From Chiloscyllium plagiosum (lineage: Eukaryota), in assembly GCF_004010195.1 (NCBI RefSeq), contig NC_057718.1, positions 31,770,204 through 31,834,203 of the forward strand: DNA of 64,000 bases. Direction: 5' to 3'. Below, in pieces: positions 11,341 to 24,559 of this stretch (its first letter is position 1; the number at the start of each line of letters is the position of its first letter). The translations under genes were made by a program, and so were the position numbers. The notes beneath the pieces are model-generated. The model did no database searches. It saw only the letters and a list, made by a program, of their open reading frames with translations, and was not told where the DNA came from.

Positions 11341-14300
11341 AAAATGCAATCTTTTGTAAATTATACATTCGGAAACAAGTTTTCTTTAGCAAAATAAATT
11401 GTACTATGTAATCATATTCTTTCAGTGCAACAACAAAAAAGCTTGAATTTATATCGCATCTTTAACATAATGAAGTGTACTGAGGTATTCCACAATTTGA
11501 TATTGAGCCATATAAGGAGAAAATAGTGTCCTAATCATTACTTGGAAGAAATTTCAACTTACCCAGTGCTGCAAGAAATATTTGTATTATAAACTACTAT
11601 GCAGCTTCAATAATTTATGCATCTGTCCTTGATAGCTGATTAAGAAACTGCATGCGAATAAATATAATTATGAAAGGGGTCATTTTGATCGCAGATTCTC
11701 AAAGCTCTTCTAAATTTGTCTGATATTTTCTTTTGAAAGTACCCATGTCAAGCACCAAACTGGAAACATCCAAAAAAGCATCACTCAAAATATTCAAATC
11801 CTTAATAAGTTACAACATTCGTCAAATTAAACCTTCTCATGTCTTTACAGTAACTAAAAATGTTATTGTATAAGTTAAGTGCTAGCTCACTTGTCAAATC
11901 TCATTGAATAGCCACCATTTTTGTTCCTTTAATTCAAAGCTGCAGCAGCATGAAATTTTGGAGCAAAGAACAAAAGGCAGCAGAGAGAGTACACATTTTC
12001 AAATTACAAATAATGGAAAAAAATATCAAATCTTCAAAACAAAAATCTTTTATCGTGAAGAAAATAGAAAATGATAACAATTTTGTCAGATGCTGACAGC
12101 AGAAAAAGAATCACCTAAACCTAAAGGACTTAAACTTTGGAATTCCATTCTATGACTCTTCCATGAATTCTCCAGAATTTGCACGCTTGTTGTGTCACAG
12201 CACTTCCTATTTTGTGACACCTTTAAAGCTAAAGGATAGTATTTAAACTATAGCAATAACTTCAACATGGGAAATAAGAATATACAATTCATGATGAAAC
12301 AGAACTGAGACAATCATGGGAAAATGCTCTAATTACAGATATAGTTGTATAAAAATAACAGATTTTAAAATACACAGGAAGTGGTGTTTGTTATGGGAAA
12401 ATAAACCCCAGAGTAAAATAAGCACAGCACTAACTCATGAATCCAGGTTTTTGTCCCATTACAATCCCAATCTTCAGCGTTCATATTTAAACTCCAAATG
12501 GATGTACAATTTTTATTTTTCAAGTAATCATTTTGAAAATAATATAGATTTAGAAGAGCAACAAGTATTATCATCAGTATAAACATTGTTGTATTAATTA
12601 ATGCAGAGTTCATGTTTGTGTCATGAAATAATGGGTGGTGATTTAGTGAAATGGAATTTTATTTTCCTATTCAACAGTGAACAAAATGAGGAATAGCTAA
12701 ACTAGGATTCTGCTCAACTGACTGGGATTACAATTTGCAGGTGTATAGTCATGCCAGGCAGGTTGCACTGCCAAGATATTTAGTACTGTTGTGGAAATAA
12801 GTCATCAGTGATCAGCCCAACAATTCTATTTTAAAATGGATGGAATAAAGCAAAATTAGTATTGCAGAATTAGGCAAAATTAGGATTTCAAAATTAATGA
12901 TGCTAGATTATTGGATCGAACAGCAATTTCCTCATAATAATGAACAAATGATGCAAATCACAACAGGATGCAAACACAATGACATTTGTAGAAGGATGTG
13001 AAGGGGTAGGTTGAACAAACTGAATACAAAGCCACAAGCTTCATATTTCCTTACATATCAATTGTATTGTTCTGCATATATACTCTTGAGAATGATCCAA
13101 AGTAAAACAACCCAGCATCACAAAGATTAGAAAATTACCAGCCTGCTGGTAATTTAAGCCCAAAAGTTTAAAACAAAAAATGTTGTTTTACACTCACCAT
13201 GAAGCATTAATTACATACTATGTTTTTGACTGGTTCAGTTTCATGATACAGCTGAAAAATGTTTGCACCTGGGTTCTATAGCTGTCATCAAAAGGAGAAA
13301 AACAAACTCTTCTGCAAAGATTGACAACTAACGTGTTTTTCTAATCCAAAACGGCAAGGGGAAGACAAAACACAAAAAGCAATTAAAGCAATCAAACCAA
13401 AGAGGAGATTCAGAGCGTAACATTCTACTGCCCTAGGTTTGGAAACATATCAGAATTAGCAGTGCGAAAAAAATGCGTCTACCCTGTGTAGCTGTATTAA
13501 ATTCAGGTGCAGGGTCCTGTTTAGATTGGACAGATCCCAGCAACAGAACAAAGTCAGTCTGTTTCTGCTCCATATCCAGATTCTACAAGTTAACAGCTTT
13601 TCATGAAAAGCTGCCATCAAGAAATGTCAATCAGGTCTTACTGTAAGTGGGAACTCCTGCAGAAATAACTGGATACAGGTTTGCAAAACACATTTCTTTC
13701 GCAGTGCAAACACAGAAGGTGTTTGACAGGGACCTCTCTTGAAACTTGGTAATTACATGCAGGCACTTCTGAGATTTAGTGAACAACAAAGATAAGATTG
13801 TCAAATTATTACCTCTGATAGATAATTCGCATTTGCCTCCAGCAAATCATTCTCTATCACAATCTTATTTGTATTTCTTTATTTTCTCAATAACACAATA
13901 ATCAGTGTTACCCTGCACTTCTCTTGTTCATACCAAATATAAATGTTCAAACAAATTGATTCTCCTTCATACAACAGTACTAGTTGAAATCAAATTCCAC
14001 TGCAACTGCTTCTTACACTAACTCATGCTTTACCAGGATCTCAAAAACCAGTCATCTCCATCAGCCTTTCTTTCCTATGATAGATGTGAAGTTTTAAAAA
14101 TTCATTTAACTATCAACAAATCGTTATCTCATACCTATCCTCATTTTCGCCTTTACTATTTATAACCTTGATGGTGCCTTGAAAAATTATTTTATTTTAG
14201 TAAATGGTAATGTTCTTAACCAAGTCTGAGAAAAAAAGTTTGAGGAAGAGTCACATTGACTTGAAATGTTAACTCCGTTTCTCTCTTCGCAAATGCTGTC

Positions 14301-17300
14301 GCACTCTTTGGGTTTCTCCAGCAATTTCTATTTTTATTATCCAAGGAAAAATATACTTCTCCTGTAATTAGCCAGCTAATAAAACTGTTATAATACACAA
14401 TACTGAAATACTAATTACACAGATCTTCTATATTCCACCTCGCCCCACCACCCAATAAATAATTTTAATCTTTTCTTGTCTTGAAAGTTGCATGCTATAT
14501 TCTTTATTGTTGGAGACTTCAAATTACATATTATTAAAAACATTTTTCTGTCTCTTGAATCTATCTTTCTTTGGTTTCTAACATTGAAGTCACTATTTTA
14601 ACTAACTCTACCCAGTTCAGGTTTTGTGTTGCTCACTGAAGATTCTTTAATCTGATTGGTTTAGGGATACCCAGTTGCTTACGCCACTTACATAGATCCC
14701 ATTTGCATTATATAAAGGGTGCTGTGCTTTTAGGTTGATTGGTCAACAGTAACTTGTGTACAAAAGTCATCAGGAAGTCTATGATTGAGAACAATTGTAA
14801 CAAACAGCTAGCAACATTTGTTCAATGTTCAGAACAAAAGTCAGTTCTATTGTTATAAACCGAGCTGTAAGACTCCAGATATTATTCACAATTCACATCT
14901 CTTGAACCATAAAGGAGCGGTGCATAAATTTAATCTAACCTGTAGTTCTGTCACTTTATATTTATATTCAGAGCATGCACAAGAGACGTGCACAGATCAA
15001 CATTTTCAATAATACCAACATTAAGAAATACAACAAATCATAATTGTGCACAGGTCATCATTTTACCTGTGACAAGCACCCAAAAATATTTTTCCTGTTC
15101 TCAAAGTATATCTACAGAATTGATCTTGACCCTTTTCCCAACCCTATTAAAAAAAGAAAATGCAGACTCCTTTATTACTCATGTTTCTCATCCTACAAAC
15201 ACGACTTGAGCTTTATTCTGAATAATGGATTTCAACAGTAATAAACAGGAGGACATTACTGTTGTTTCATCGAAGATGCCATGCAAAATCAGCCTTTATT
15301 ACAAGGGCAGGCCACACACTTAGGTCTCATTTGAATAACCTAAAAATGATTATATGCTGCAAACTACTTTATCCTGTTAATTTAAAGCAAACTACTCTGG
15401 CATCTCACTAATAATCTCTTTAAAAAGAAACTATAAGCGAGAATGTTATTAAAATAAATTTAGAATATGCAGACCCATATTATTCTTTCCACTAAGGTTA
15501 AACCCTCTATGAATTACAGTTTATGGAAGAATCTTTTAGGGCCTAAAGCCCAGAACTATGACCTCTGATGATAAGTTTGGCAGAAGCAAACCATAGGTCC
15601 AGGCAGAACATCTGGTTTGAATTACTTCTTTAAAAAATAGTCCCTGTACTGGGGAAGTTGGTATTGAAACAGCTTAGTCTATATGATTCCACTGATTTCA
15701 ACACTGCACACAGAAAAAGCCAGAAAGAATGTCAATCATCAGAGACTTTTTGGTGGCCTCTGCAGAATTGCACAGTCCATTTTTTTTGTTCTTATTTCAC
15801 ATCTTCATTGCACAGCTGTTTTAGTCCTTTGAGATCTAGTGACAACTCCAATCTTTCCAAGCTCACATTAATTATTTTACTGCAATTAAATAATGTTGGA
15901 ATTGATATCTTGTGTTGGCAACTGTTTCAGAGACAGATTGCACTATTTCATTGTGCTGCCATACACTAGCCACATCACATAAAATCGTCTAAAACTGAAT
16001 GTAATATTGCATACAATCCATTAAAACATTGTTATAAATTCCTGCTATTTTCATCACTTTAAATGAGCAAATTTTGAGAAAGTTATGTTGTTTCTTTCAC
16101 TTTGAATTATAATAACTAGATTACAATGAAATGGCGAATGCAATAACTTAGAAAATAAGTCACACTGGTAACACAGAATATTTTAAAAAAGCTTTTATTT
16201 TTAAAAGAATCAATGCATTCTTGAAATGAAAACTTACTATTGCAAGAATCAATTCCCCTTGTCAAAGTAATTAATTTTCCTGAGCATTAATATTAGTGGA
16301 ATTGATTGTGAAAGTTTTTAAAAACTTTTAATAAAGTACACGTCATTTGTAAAGTTGACATTGATAGCTCTTGATTGCCCAATAGCATCCCATCTGCAAA
16401 TTAACTGTTGTTCAAGGAAACAAAACGGCATATTCTGACCTCCTAAGTGAAATGATTCTTGGACAATGTTGTGTGACAATGCGAAAATTGTGGCATTGGC
16501 CTAATCAAGATGTATTTTATGGTCATGTGATAAATTGAAAGAAATATTGCAAATTTACATATTTGGAAAAAATAAGAAAGAACCAATTACTCAATAATAA
16601 ATTTAGACCCACAGTATAATCAATTTATATGTCAGTACTGAGATTCAGCCACTGGATGCATAAAATCAAAGAGTTATGGGTCAGATACTGGAGAAATTTG
16701 TTTTAAAAATATTATGAAAAAATAAATCTGAGGTTGTCAGGGACTAGGGGTCAATGTAGTTTTGCACAGCAATGAGTGATTATAGGATAACAGCAGCAGA
16801 GGTATGGATGAGCTGGAGTTGGAAGAGGGTGGGGAATGGAAGATTAACCATGAAGACACAAGAGTTGAAGTCTAGTGGTCAAAATTATTAATTCAGCAAA
16901 GTAGGGACAAAGATAGAAAACACTTGTATGGGGTCAGGAACTCAAGTAAGCAGAGAGAGCATCAGGAATGCAAATAGTCTGGCTCTGGCTTAAATCCTGG
17001 CATAGAAAATCCGTGGCAACAATATAACAATTTCAATATTTGCAATGTACTACTGATATCAAGTAAACACTCTGACGACACAAAAGAAAAGGAGGATTAC
17101 AGACAGGAATCAGTTGTTGTTATGCAAGGAACATGCACATGTAATGGATCTTGGGATTTCTTTACCCAGAGGGCTGTTGAAGTTCAATCATTTACTACAT
17201 TTAAGATCAATAGATTTCTAGATACTGACATCAAGAGATACGGGGAAGGCATAGCGTGTGATTTCCAAATCAGATGCATTTGCAGGGGTTTGTCTCCTAA

Positions 17301-17401
17301 AGTTGGGTTGAGTTCTTGAAAATTATGACTTGATGTGCACCACCCTTGTTAAAACTGCAGTAGAGCCTTCCTTAAGACCATGAGTTGTGGGAGCATAAGT
17401 A

Positions 17402-17725
17402 GAAACGGTGGCTCAGTGGTTAGCACTGCTGCCTCACAGCACCAGGGACCTGGGTTCGATTCCAGCATCAGGTGACTGTGTGGAGTTTGCACTTTTTCCC
17501 CATATCTGCACGGGTTTTCTCTGGGTGCTCCAGTTTCCCCCCACAATCCTACGATGTGCAGGTTAGGTGAATCAGCCATGCAAAATTGTCCATAGTGTTC
17601 AGGGATGTATAGGTTAGGTCCATTAGATCAGGGAACGGGTCTGGGTGGATTACTCTTCAAAAGGTTGGTTTGGATTTGTTGGGCCAAATGGTGTTTCCAC
17701 ACTATAGGAATTCTATGAAATTCCA
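17402..17725 (+). mobile_element. tRNA-derived V-SINE (HE1-like)
   Basis: A box tggctcagtggttagc, B box ggttcgattcc, V-domain gtgtggagtttgc...gggtgctccagtttcc, and a CR1-like tail. Confidence 0.85.
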
Positions 17726-18305
17726 TTCTAAGCCATTTGGCACATCAAGTCTGCTCAGTCATTCAAATAGATCATGGCTGATCCGATGATCATCAACTCT
17801 ATTTTCTTGTCTTCTCCCATAACTTCAATTTCCCTACAAATGAAAAATCTATCTTTGCTTTGAATACACTTCACGACCTTGTCACTACTGCCCTCTGCAA
17901 TAAAGAATTCCACTGACTGACTACCCTCAGAAGAAATTCCTCCTTATCACTGTCTTAAATGGTGACTTCTAGTTCTGGTATTAGACCTCTACCACATGGG
18001 GAAACAATCTCTCTGAATCTACCCTGTCATGTTTCAATAAGTTCTACTCCCATTCTCCTAAGATATTCCCTCCCCATTACCAGATCAACCTAGTCAACCT
18101 TCTTTGGACTGCCAGTATACCTTTGCTTAGATAAAGTGACCAAAACCGTTCATGGTATTGCAGTTGTAGTCTGACTCGTGTCTAACTGAGCATTAGCAGG
18201 ATCTTTCCATTCTCATACTCTATTCCCTTTGAAATAAAGGCCAACATTCTATTATCTGTTCTATTACCTGAACTTAGATGCTAGCTTTTTATGATTTATG
18301 TATCA

Positions 18306-18913
18306 GGAGAGAATTGAGCACAGGGGTTTGAAGGTCATGTTGTGGCTGTTCATGACATTGGTGAGGCCACTTTTAGAATATTGCGTGCAATTCTAGTCTC
18401 CTTCCTATCAGAAGGATGTTGTGAAACTTGAAAGGATTCAGAAAAGATTTACAAGGATGTTGCCAGGGTTGGAGGATTTGAGCTATAAGGAGAGGTTGAA
18501 CAGGCTGGGGCTGTTTTCCTTGGAGCGTCAGAGACTAAGAGGTGACATTACAGTGGTTTATAAAATCATGAGGGGCATAGATAGGATAAATAAACAAAGT
18601 CTTTGCCCTGGAGTGGGGGAGTCCAGAACTAGAAGGCATAGGTTTAGAGTGAGAGGGGGAAGATATAAAAGAGACCGAAGGTGCAACTTTTTCACGCAGA
18701 GAGAGGTATGTGTATGGAATGAGATGTCAGAAGAAGTGATGGAGGCTAGTACAATTTCAACATTTAAAAGGCATTTGGATAGGTATATGAATAGGGAGGG
18801 ATATGGGACTTGGTGCTAGCAGGTTGGACTAGATTGGGTTGGGATATCTGATCGGCATGGACGAGTTGGACCGAAGGGTCTGTTTCTGTGCTGTACATCT
18901 CTATGACTCTATG
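18306..18913 (+). mobile_element. Young CR1 LINE 3' end (5'-truncated)
   Basis: ORF KLERIQKRFTRMLPGLEDLSYKERLNRLGLFSLERQRLRGD...NFFTQR..VWNE, with tail ctctatgactctatg. Confidence 0.92.
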
Positions 18914-19176
18914 GCTCACAAAATCCTTCTGTGCTTCAGCTTTCTACAGTCTTTCTCCACTTAAATAATCTTCAGCTGTTATTCTTCCTTCAAGTGTATT
19001 ACCTCACATTTTCCAAGAATATATTCAAGCTGATAAATTTAATGCCCACTCATTTAATCTGTCTACATCCCTCTGCAAACTCGTTGAGTCATCCTCAGCA
19101 CTTGCATTCCCACTGATTTTTGTGCCATCCACTGGCTTGGTGATAGTACATCCACTTCTGTCATCCAAATCATCAT

Positions 19177-19386
19177 GTGGGGTGCCGGTGTTGGTCTGTA
19201 GTGGACAAAATCATAAATCACACAATACCAGGTTATAGTTCAACAGGTTTATTTGAAATCTCAAGCTATTGGAACGCAGCCTCTTTGTCAGGTGAAGTCG
19301 CCTGACAAAGTGGCTTTCCTCCAAAGGTCTGTGATTTCAAATAAACCTTTTGGATTATAATCCGGTATTGTGTGATTTCTGACTTA
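19177..19386. mobile_element. Penelope-like family B terminal repeats in inverted (hairpin) arrangement
   Basis: Long imperfect palindrome homologous to 61876-62097. TSD-like atccaaatcatcat (19163-19176) / atccaattcattat (19387-19400). Confidence 0.7.
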
Positions 19387-21794
19387 ATCCAATTCATTAT
19401 ATACACTGTAAATAACTGCAGCCTCAACACTAATCCCTGTGGCACTCCAACACTTACAGATTGCCATCGCGAAAACACCCCTCCCAGCCCATTAATTTCA
19501 ACTAATATATCCATCTAATATACTACCTCCAACACCATGACCTCTGAATTTAGTAAGTAGCCTAAAGTGCAGTACCTTATAAAATGTCTTCTGGCAATCA
19601 AAATATATTATATCCACTGCTTCCTCTTCACCCAAACAGCTGGTATTTCCTCAAAGCATTCTAATAAATTTGCTTGTCTTGATTACCCCTTCATGAAGCC
19701 ATGCTAACCCTGCTCAATTATGCATTTATAAATGCTCTGCTACTACACCCTTAATAATAGATTCTACCAATTTCCCATAAACAGATATTAAGCTAACTAG
19801 CCTTTTATCTTACCATTAATCATTACAGATCACTATCACCACAGAGCTAGCAGCAGCAAAAGGAGCTAGTTCAACACATCCCATGATGGAAAGTACAAGA
19901 GGGCAACACTGCCCACGTCGAAACATCGAAAAATATATTCACTTGCAACTTTACAAACCTAAAATGCTGTGTTTCATAATATTATGACAGTCAGAATCAT
20001 TCTTTCCTGTAGGGCTTTAATCGTTTAATGGTGTCCTTTTAATCCTCAAGCTGTTAATGTACAAAAGGCGGCAAGGGTATAAGTGATGCTCCTTCAATTG
20101 GAAATGTCAGTCTCCTCTATTCACAACAGAACATCTAGAACATATAGCAATCATAGCATTGGATCAACAAGCCACAGGTTATTAGCTTAGATGGTTATAG
20201 TAGGAATTGCATCAAATAGGAAATTTGTCACTTTGTGGCACCAGAATAAATGTTTCAGAATGCAGTTAAACCCTAAAATGGCTTTTGAAACCCAAATGCT
20301 TGAAGAAATTACTATGCAAATTAATACATAGTGAGAAGAGGAGGAAATGAGGTTTCAGTGGTACTAACAATCAATGAATTTTTTTTTTTAAAATCCCATA
20401 AAATTCGATGGTGATGTTTACTAGGAGTAATTCTCTAAAGCACTTTTCCATCTAATTTTTTACTCAAGTTTGCTTACTTTAGTTGTGCCAATCTTATTTA
20501 ACCTGAAAATGAAGAAGTCAGAAGCCAATAGAACAGAACGGCAAAAGATATTTTTAGAAAGCCAGTTTTTGGAAATTTGCATTGTAATCGCTAAATTAAA
20601 TTTGACTAGGTGCTAACAGAAAAGCTTCCTACAGTCTTAATTAATTAATAATCTATAACAGAGAAAGAGCAGAAATTCTGGTGAATTTGCACAAATAAGT
20701 CTGAAAACACAAACTAGGCTTTGATTCTCAGGTCAAAGATCAACATATTAGTACTGCAGCAGCTCCCATTCTTAAGACCTGTGTAAACTGACAACTGCTG
20801 TTAACGATTGAAGTTAAGTTAGTAATGTGAGACTGCTAAAGGCTTGCAACAAGGAAAATAAAAGGAACAAGTCAAGTGATACAATGACAATGCATTTAAC
20901 AGAATAGTTCGACAAAAAAACAAAACATCCATTTGTGAAATGCATAAATCTATCTCTGGTACCTTTAGTAGAGGAGAAATACTAACCAGACAGAAAAAAA
21001 AATCCCAAACATGCAATAAGCTTTTAGAGTTAAGAGTTTCCTAACTTTAGGAAATCGAGAGTTTGAAATTGAGAGATTAAGGCAATGTTCTTGAACTTTC
21101 CCCACTGAGACCACATCTTGAGGCTTGAAAGTTTTCAAAACGTCACAGAGGAGTGTGACAGCAGAGGTCTATTAAAGTATAAACATACCTGTCACAACCT
21201 GGCTGAGCTCCAAGGTCACCACAGCTGTCTCAGGACTCGTGACCCCACTCGGGTCCTGACCCCCACATTGGGAAGGATTGGATTAAGGTGAATTTAAAAC
21301 TATTCCATAATCAGTAGCTAATCACTTTTTTTAAAAAAAACTTTCTGCTTTAATGCAACCATTTCTAAAATTTATTTTTGCTCCCCTTTATTTGCTTTTA
21401 TGTAAAATTTGTTTTATTGGTATTGCCACTCACCAAACTGGAAAACAGAGAAATTCTGTTTAATGAGACTTGTCATCTTTGAATGAGAGGCTTTCGCTTT
21501 TGAGTTCAGAGATAGCAACTACATTAGTATTTGAAGAAATTGAAGTCTATTGTCGGTTTGGCTAATCAAAAAAGAAATCTTGCATTTCTATATGAGCAAG
21601 ATGTTTTAACCAGTTTGAAGAAAGAGAGACTTGAAATAGTCACCAGACCTATTGCAATTCAGAGTGTCAAGTTTCTTGAGTCCAGAAAGGCAAATATGTA
21701 TCTTGAAGAACTGGCAAAGAAATGAGAACCATAATAAAAAATAAAGCATGAGCAGTATGATGATGATAAAATACTGCTTGGGTGGTTTTATGAA

Positions 21795-22170
21795 AAGAAA
21801 GAATTTCCATTTCTACAGTACTTTCAGAACCTCAGAATGCCTAAATGTGCTTTACAGCCAATTAAATAGTTTATGAAGTGCAGTCACTGCTGTAATGGAA
21901 ATGCAGCAGACCTATTTGCTCACAGCAAGAAACACCAAGTTAATGATCAGTTTTCTTTCTGCATTTAAGTAATGTTGGTTAAGGGATAAATATTGGTCAA
22001 GACACCAAAAGAGATGTCTTTCCTATTTTTCTTTGACTGGCACCATGAAATCTTTTATTTCTGCTTGAGTGCACACAAGGAACTTCAACTTAACATCTTT
22101 GAAAGATGTTCCTGACAATATGCATACCTCAACATTGCACTGAAGAGTCAGACTGCATGGCATGCTCAAA
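21795..22170 (-). mobile_element. Deu-domain SINE (SacSINE1/AmnSINE-like), decayed
   Basis: gcagtcactgctgtaatg...atgttggttaagggataaatattggtcaagacacc...ccatgaaatctttta resembles the Deu domain. Confidence 0.65.
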
Positions 22171-23335
22171 TATTTAAAAGATAAAATTCAGGCACAGTGG
22201 CAAGATTGATAACTCAGTAACAAGAATGCTCAGAAAATCTCACTTGGCAGCTGCCTTCAGAAGTCAACTTTGAAAGCCTTGAAGCATCAAATAGATACCT
22301 GTGCCACTAAAACTTAGATTCAATCTTGCTTACAAAAGCTGAGAGCTGAAATAGTCAAGAATGATAAATCCACAGGCGAAGAAGTGCTGCCAGATTTGTT
22401 AACAACCCAACACATTTACAATTGCAACACCAGACTTTACAATTATGCTGTTCCATCAAACCTATGAAAATAAAGGTGAAAAGTCAGAAAATTAGAAAGG
22501 AAATGTTGTATGCAATATTAATGTTTGTATGACACAAACCTAGGTATACTTCCAGTTGCTATGATGCGACTCTTCATCTTTCACATACAAAGGTTTAATT
22601 ATTACCATTTAATATTACTTCAATCATGCAAATGCTGGAGCCAATTATACCATGAAAAACAGAAATAATGCATCTAATGCAACTGATCCAAATACTGCTC
22701 CTTCTTTGAAAGACTTGGAAACAAAGACTGCAGAGGATGCAACTGAAGATTTGTCAGAGCTGGAAATGTCTCTCAAACTTGAGTCATTTCCAGCTCTTGT
22801 CAATTTGATGGAGCAAAAGACAATGAAAGCTCTGCTGGTTATGATGGGTAAGTGAAGAGAGTGAAGATTTCTGATAACCAAAAAAAAAAGCATTTAGACA
22901 ACTTCTCAGTAGTAGTAAAGAGCAATTTTCTTTCATTTTTAAGATGATGTACTGTATTCACCATTTGATATATTGTAACATGCTGCAACTATCTTTTATT
23001 TCAGAAGAATACCTGAAACAAACATTTTAAATTATCTTTTAAAGTGTTATCCAATATTCACAATTTTTGGATGTCGTATGTTTCACTTTAGTTGTAAAAT
23101 ATACAAATAAAAGTTTGCCTAAACTTAAGGAAATCCTCATGTTAATCACAATTTACAGACGGTTTCTAATTCAGTTGCAACTAACCAGAAGTAACTATTC
23201 TGACTTACAGGGCAATTCACAAAATGTTAAATTCTCATTTTAAACCAATTCCTCAAAGCACACAACACATTGAAAACAAAAATAAATGGGCACCAATCCT
23301 GAATTTCACAAGCGTCAATTCCTATTTTCCACAGT

Positions 23336-23649
23336 GGGCGGCATGGTGGCACAGTGGTTAGCACTGCTGCCTCACAGCGCCAGAGACCCGGGTTCAATTC
23401 CCGCCTCAGGCGACTGACTGTGTGGAGTTTGCACGTTCTCCCCGTGTCTGCGTGGGTTTCCTCCGGGTGCTCCGGTTTCCTCCCACCATCCAAAGATGTA
23501 CAAGGTCAGGTGAATTGGCCACGCTAAATTGCCTGTAGTGTTAGGTAAGGGGTAAATGTAAGGGTATGGATGGGTTTCGCTTCGGCGGGTCGGTGTGGAC
23601 TTGTTGGGCCGAAAGACCTGTTTCCACACTGTAATCTAATCTAATCTAA
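23336..23649 (+). mobile_element. Young full-length tRNA-derived V-SINE (HE1-like)
   Basis: gggcggcatggtggcacagtggttagc (A box), gggttcaattccc (B box), V-domain, tail ttgggccgaa...ctgtttccacactg and (taatc)n end. Confidence 0.92.
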
Positions 23650-24559
23650 GGAAAGGAAGTCATATAATTCAAGGTTCCAGGGCATTTAATTGATTGAGGA
23701 AGGAAAACATGACAATCAAAAATTACAGAATCAACAAATAGGTAAACTACAGCAAAACCACATTGCATATATTTTGTTCTTTCTTCACCTCCATACCTCA
23801 GGAAGTCTTTTTCAGATAAGATTAACAACTGAAAATGTTTCAACCAACCCCACAGAATTGCCATGCACAATTCTCATGTACTGTAGCATTGGCTTGCTTT
23901 CATACATAACTTTTACATCTCAAAGTGAAGACATTGTAGAAGAAAGCCCCATTCAGGGGAAATAGAGTGTATAATCTTGCCCTGTTGAAGTGATTCAGAT
24001 AAATTATAAAGATCCCACAACTACTGACCCTCATCCCATAGTCGACACAACCAAAACCAGAACAGTCATTTAATTGTGATTCATTGGAACTTGCAATACA
24101 CAAAATGACAAATCATTTGCCGAATATGGTGACAATTACTGTTGCTCAAATAAATACTTTGCATGTGAAGTATTTTTCGAAGAGGTGTAAGAGGCCACAT
24201 AAATGTGAGATTTTTGTTTTTATTAATACCTGACCCGGGAAGGCTTTGTGTTGACAGTAAAGATGAAAAACTCAAGTTAGTCACTTGCTCTGCCAAGCAC
24301 TTCCTCGGTGGATTTGATATGCAAGATTGCCTAACAATCAAATATTCCCTTTCCAGGTCAACATGTTGGGCATAGTCACCTTTTAGGGTAACATCAGAAC
24401 CCTTTGAGATCCACAGTGAGGTCATCAGCAGGATAGCATTCTTGCACAGACACTCCTTGGCATATCCTTCCATTGGCTGTGATCATATTCAAATTTGAAC
24501 TTCATCAAATGATGCAACAGTGACTGCCTTTGATTTCATGGCTGCATTTTAATGGAGTA

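Larger units (their letters stand above)
17730..19800 (-). mobile_element. Old CR1-type LINE interrupted by a younger CR1 and a PLE
   Basis: ORF 19266-19514(-) SRWQSVSVGVPQGLVLRLQLFTVYI is an RT motif. The element continues across the insertions to a 3' UTR near 17730. Confidence 0.7.

Noticed and set aside
23336..23410. tRNA gene
   Set aside because: The tRNA-like head continues into a V-SINE body and tail; it is not a stand-alone tRNA.
24081..24473. 130-aa minus-strand ORF as a possible SRBD1 exon
   Set aside because: No resemblance to the expected next SRBD1 sequence (HDV...VEECVSFVGVD); it lies antisense to an RTE remnant.
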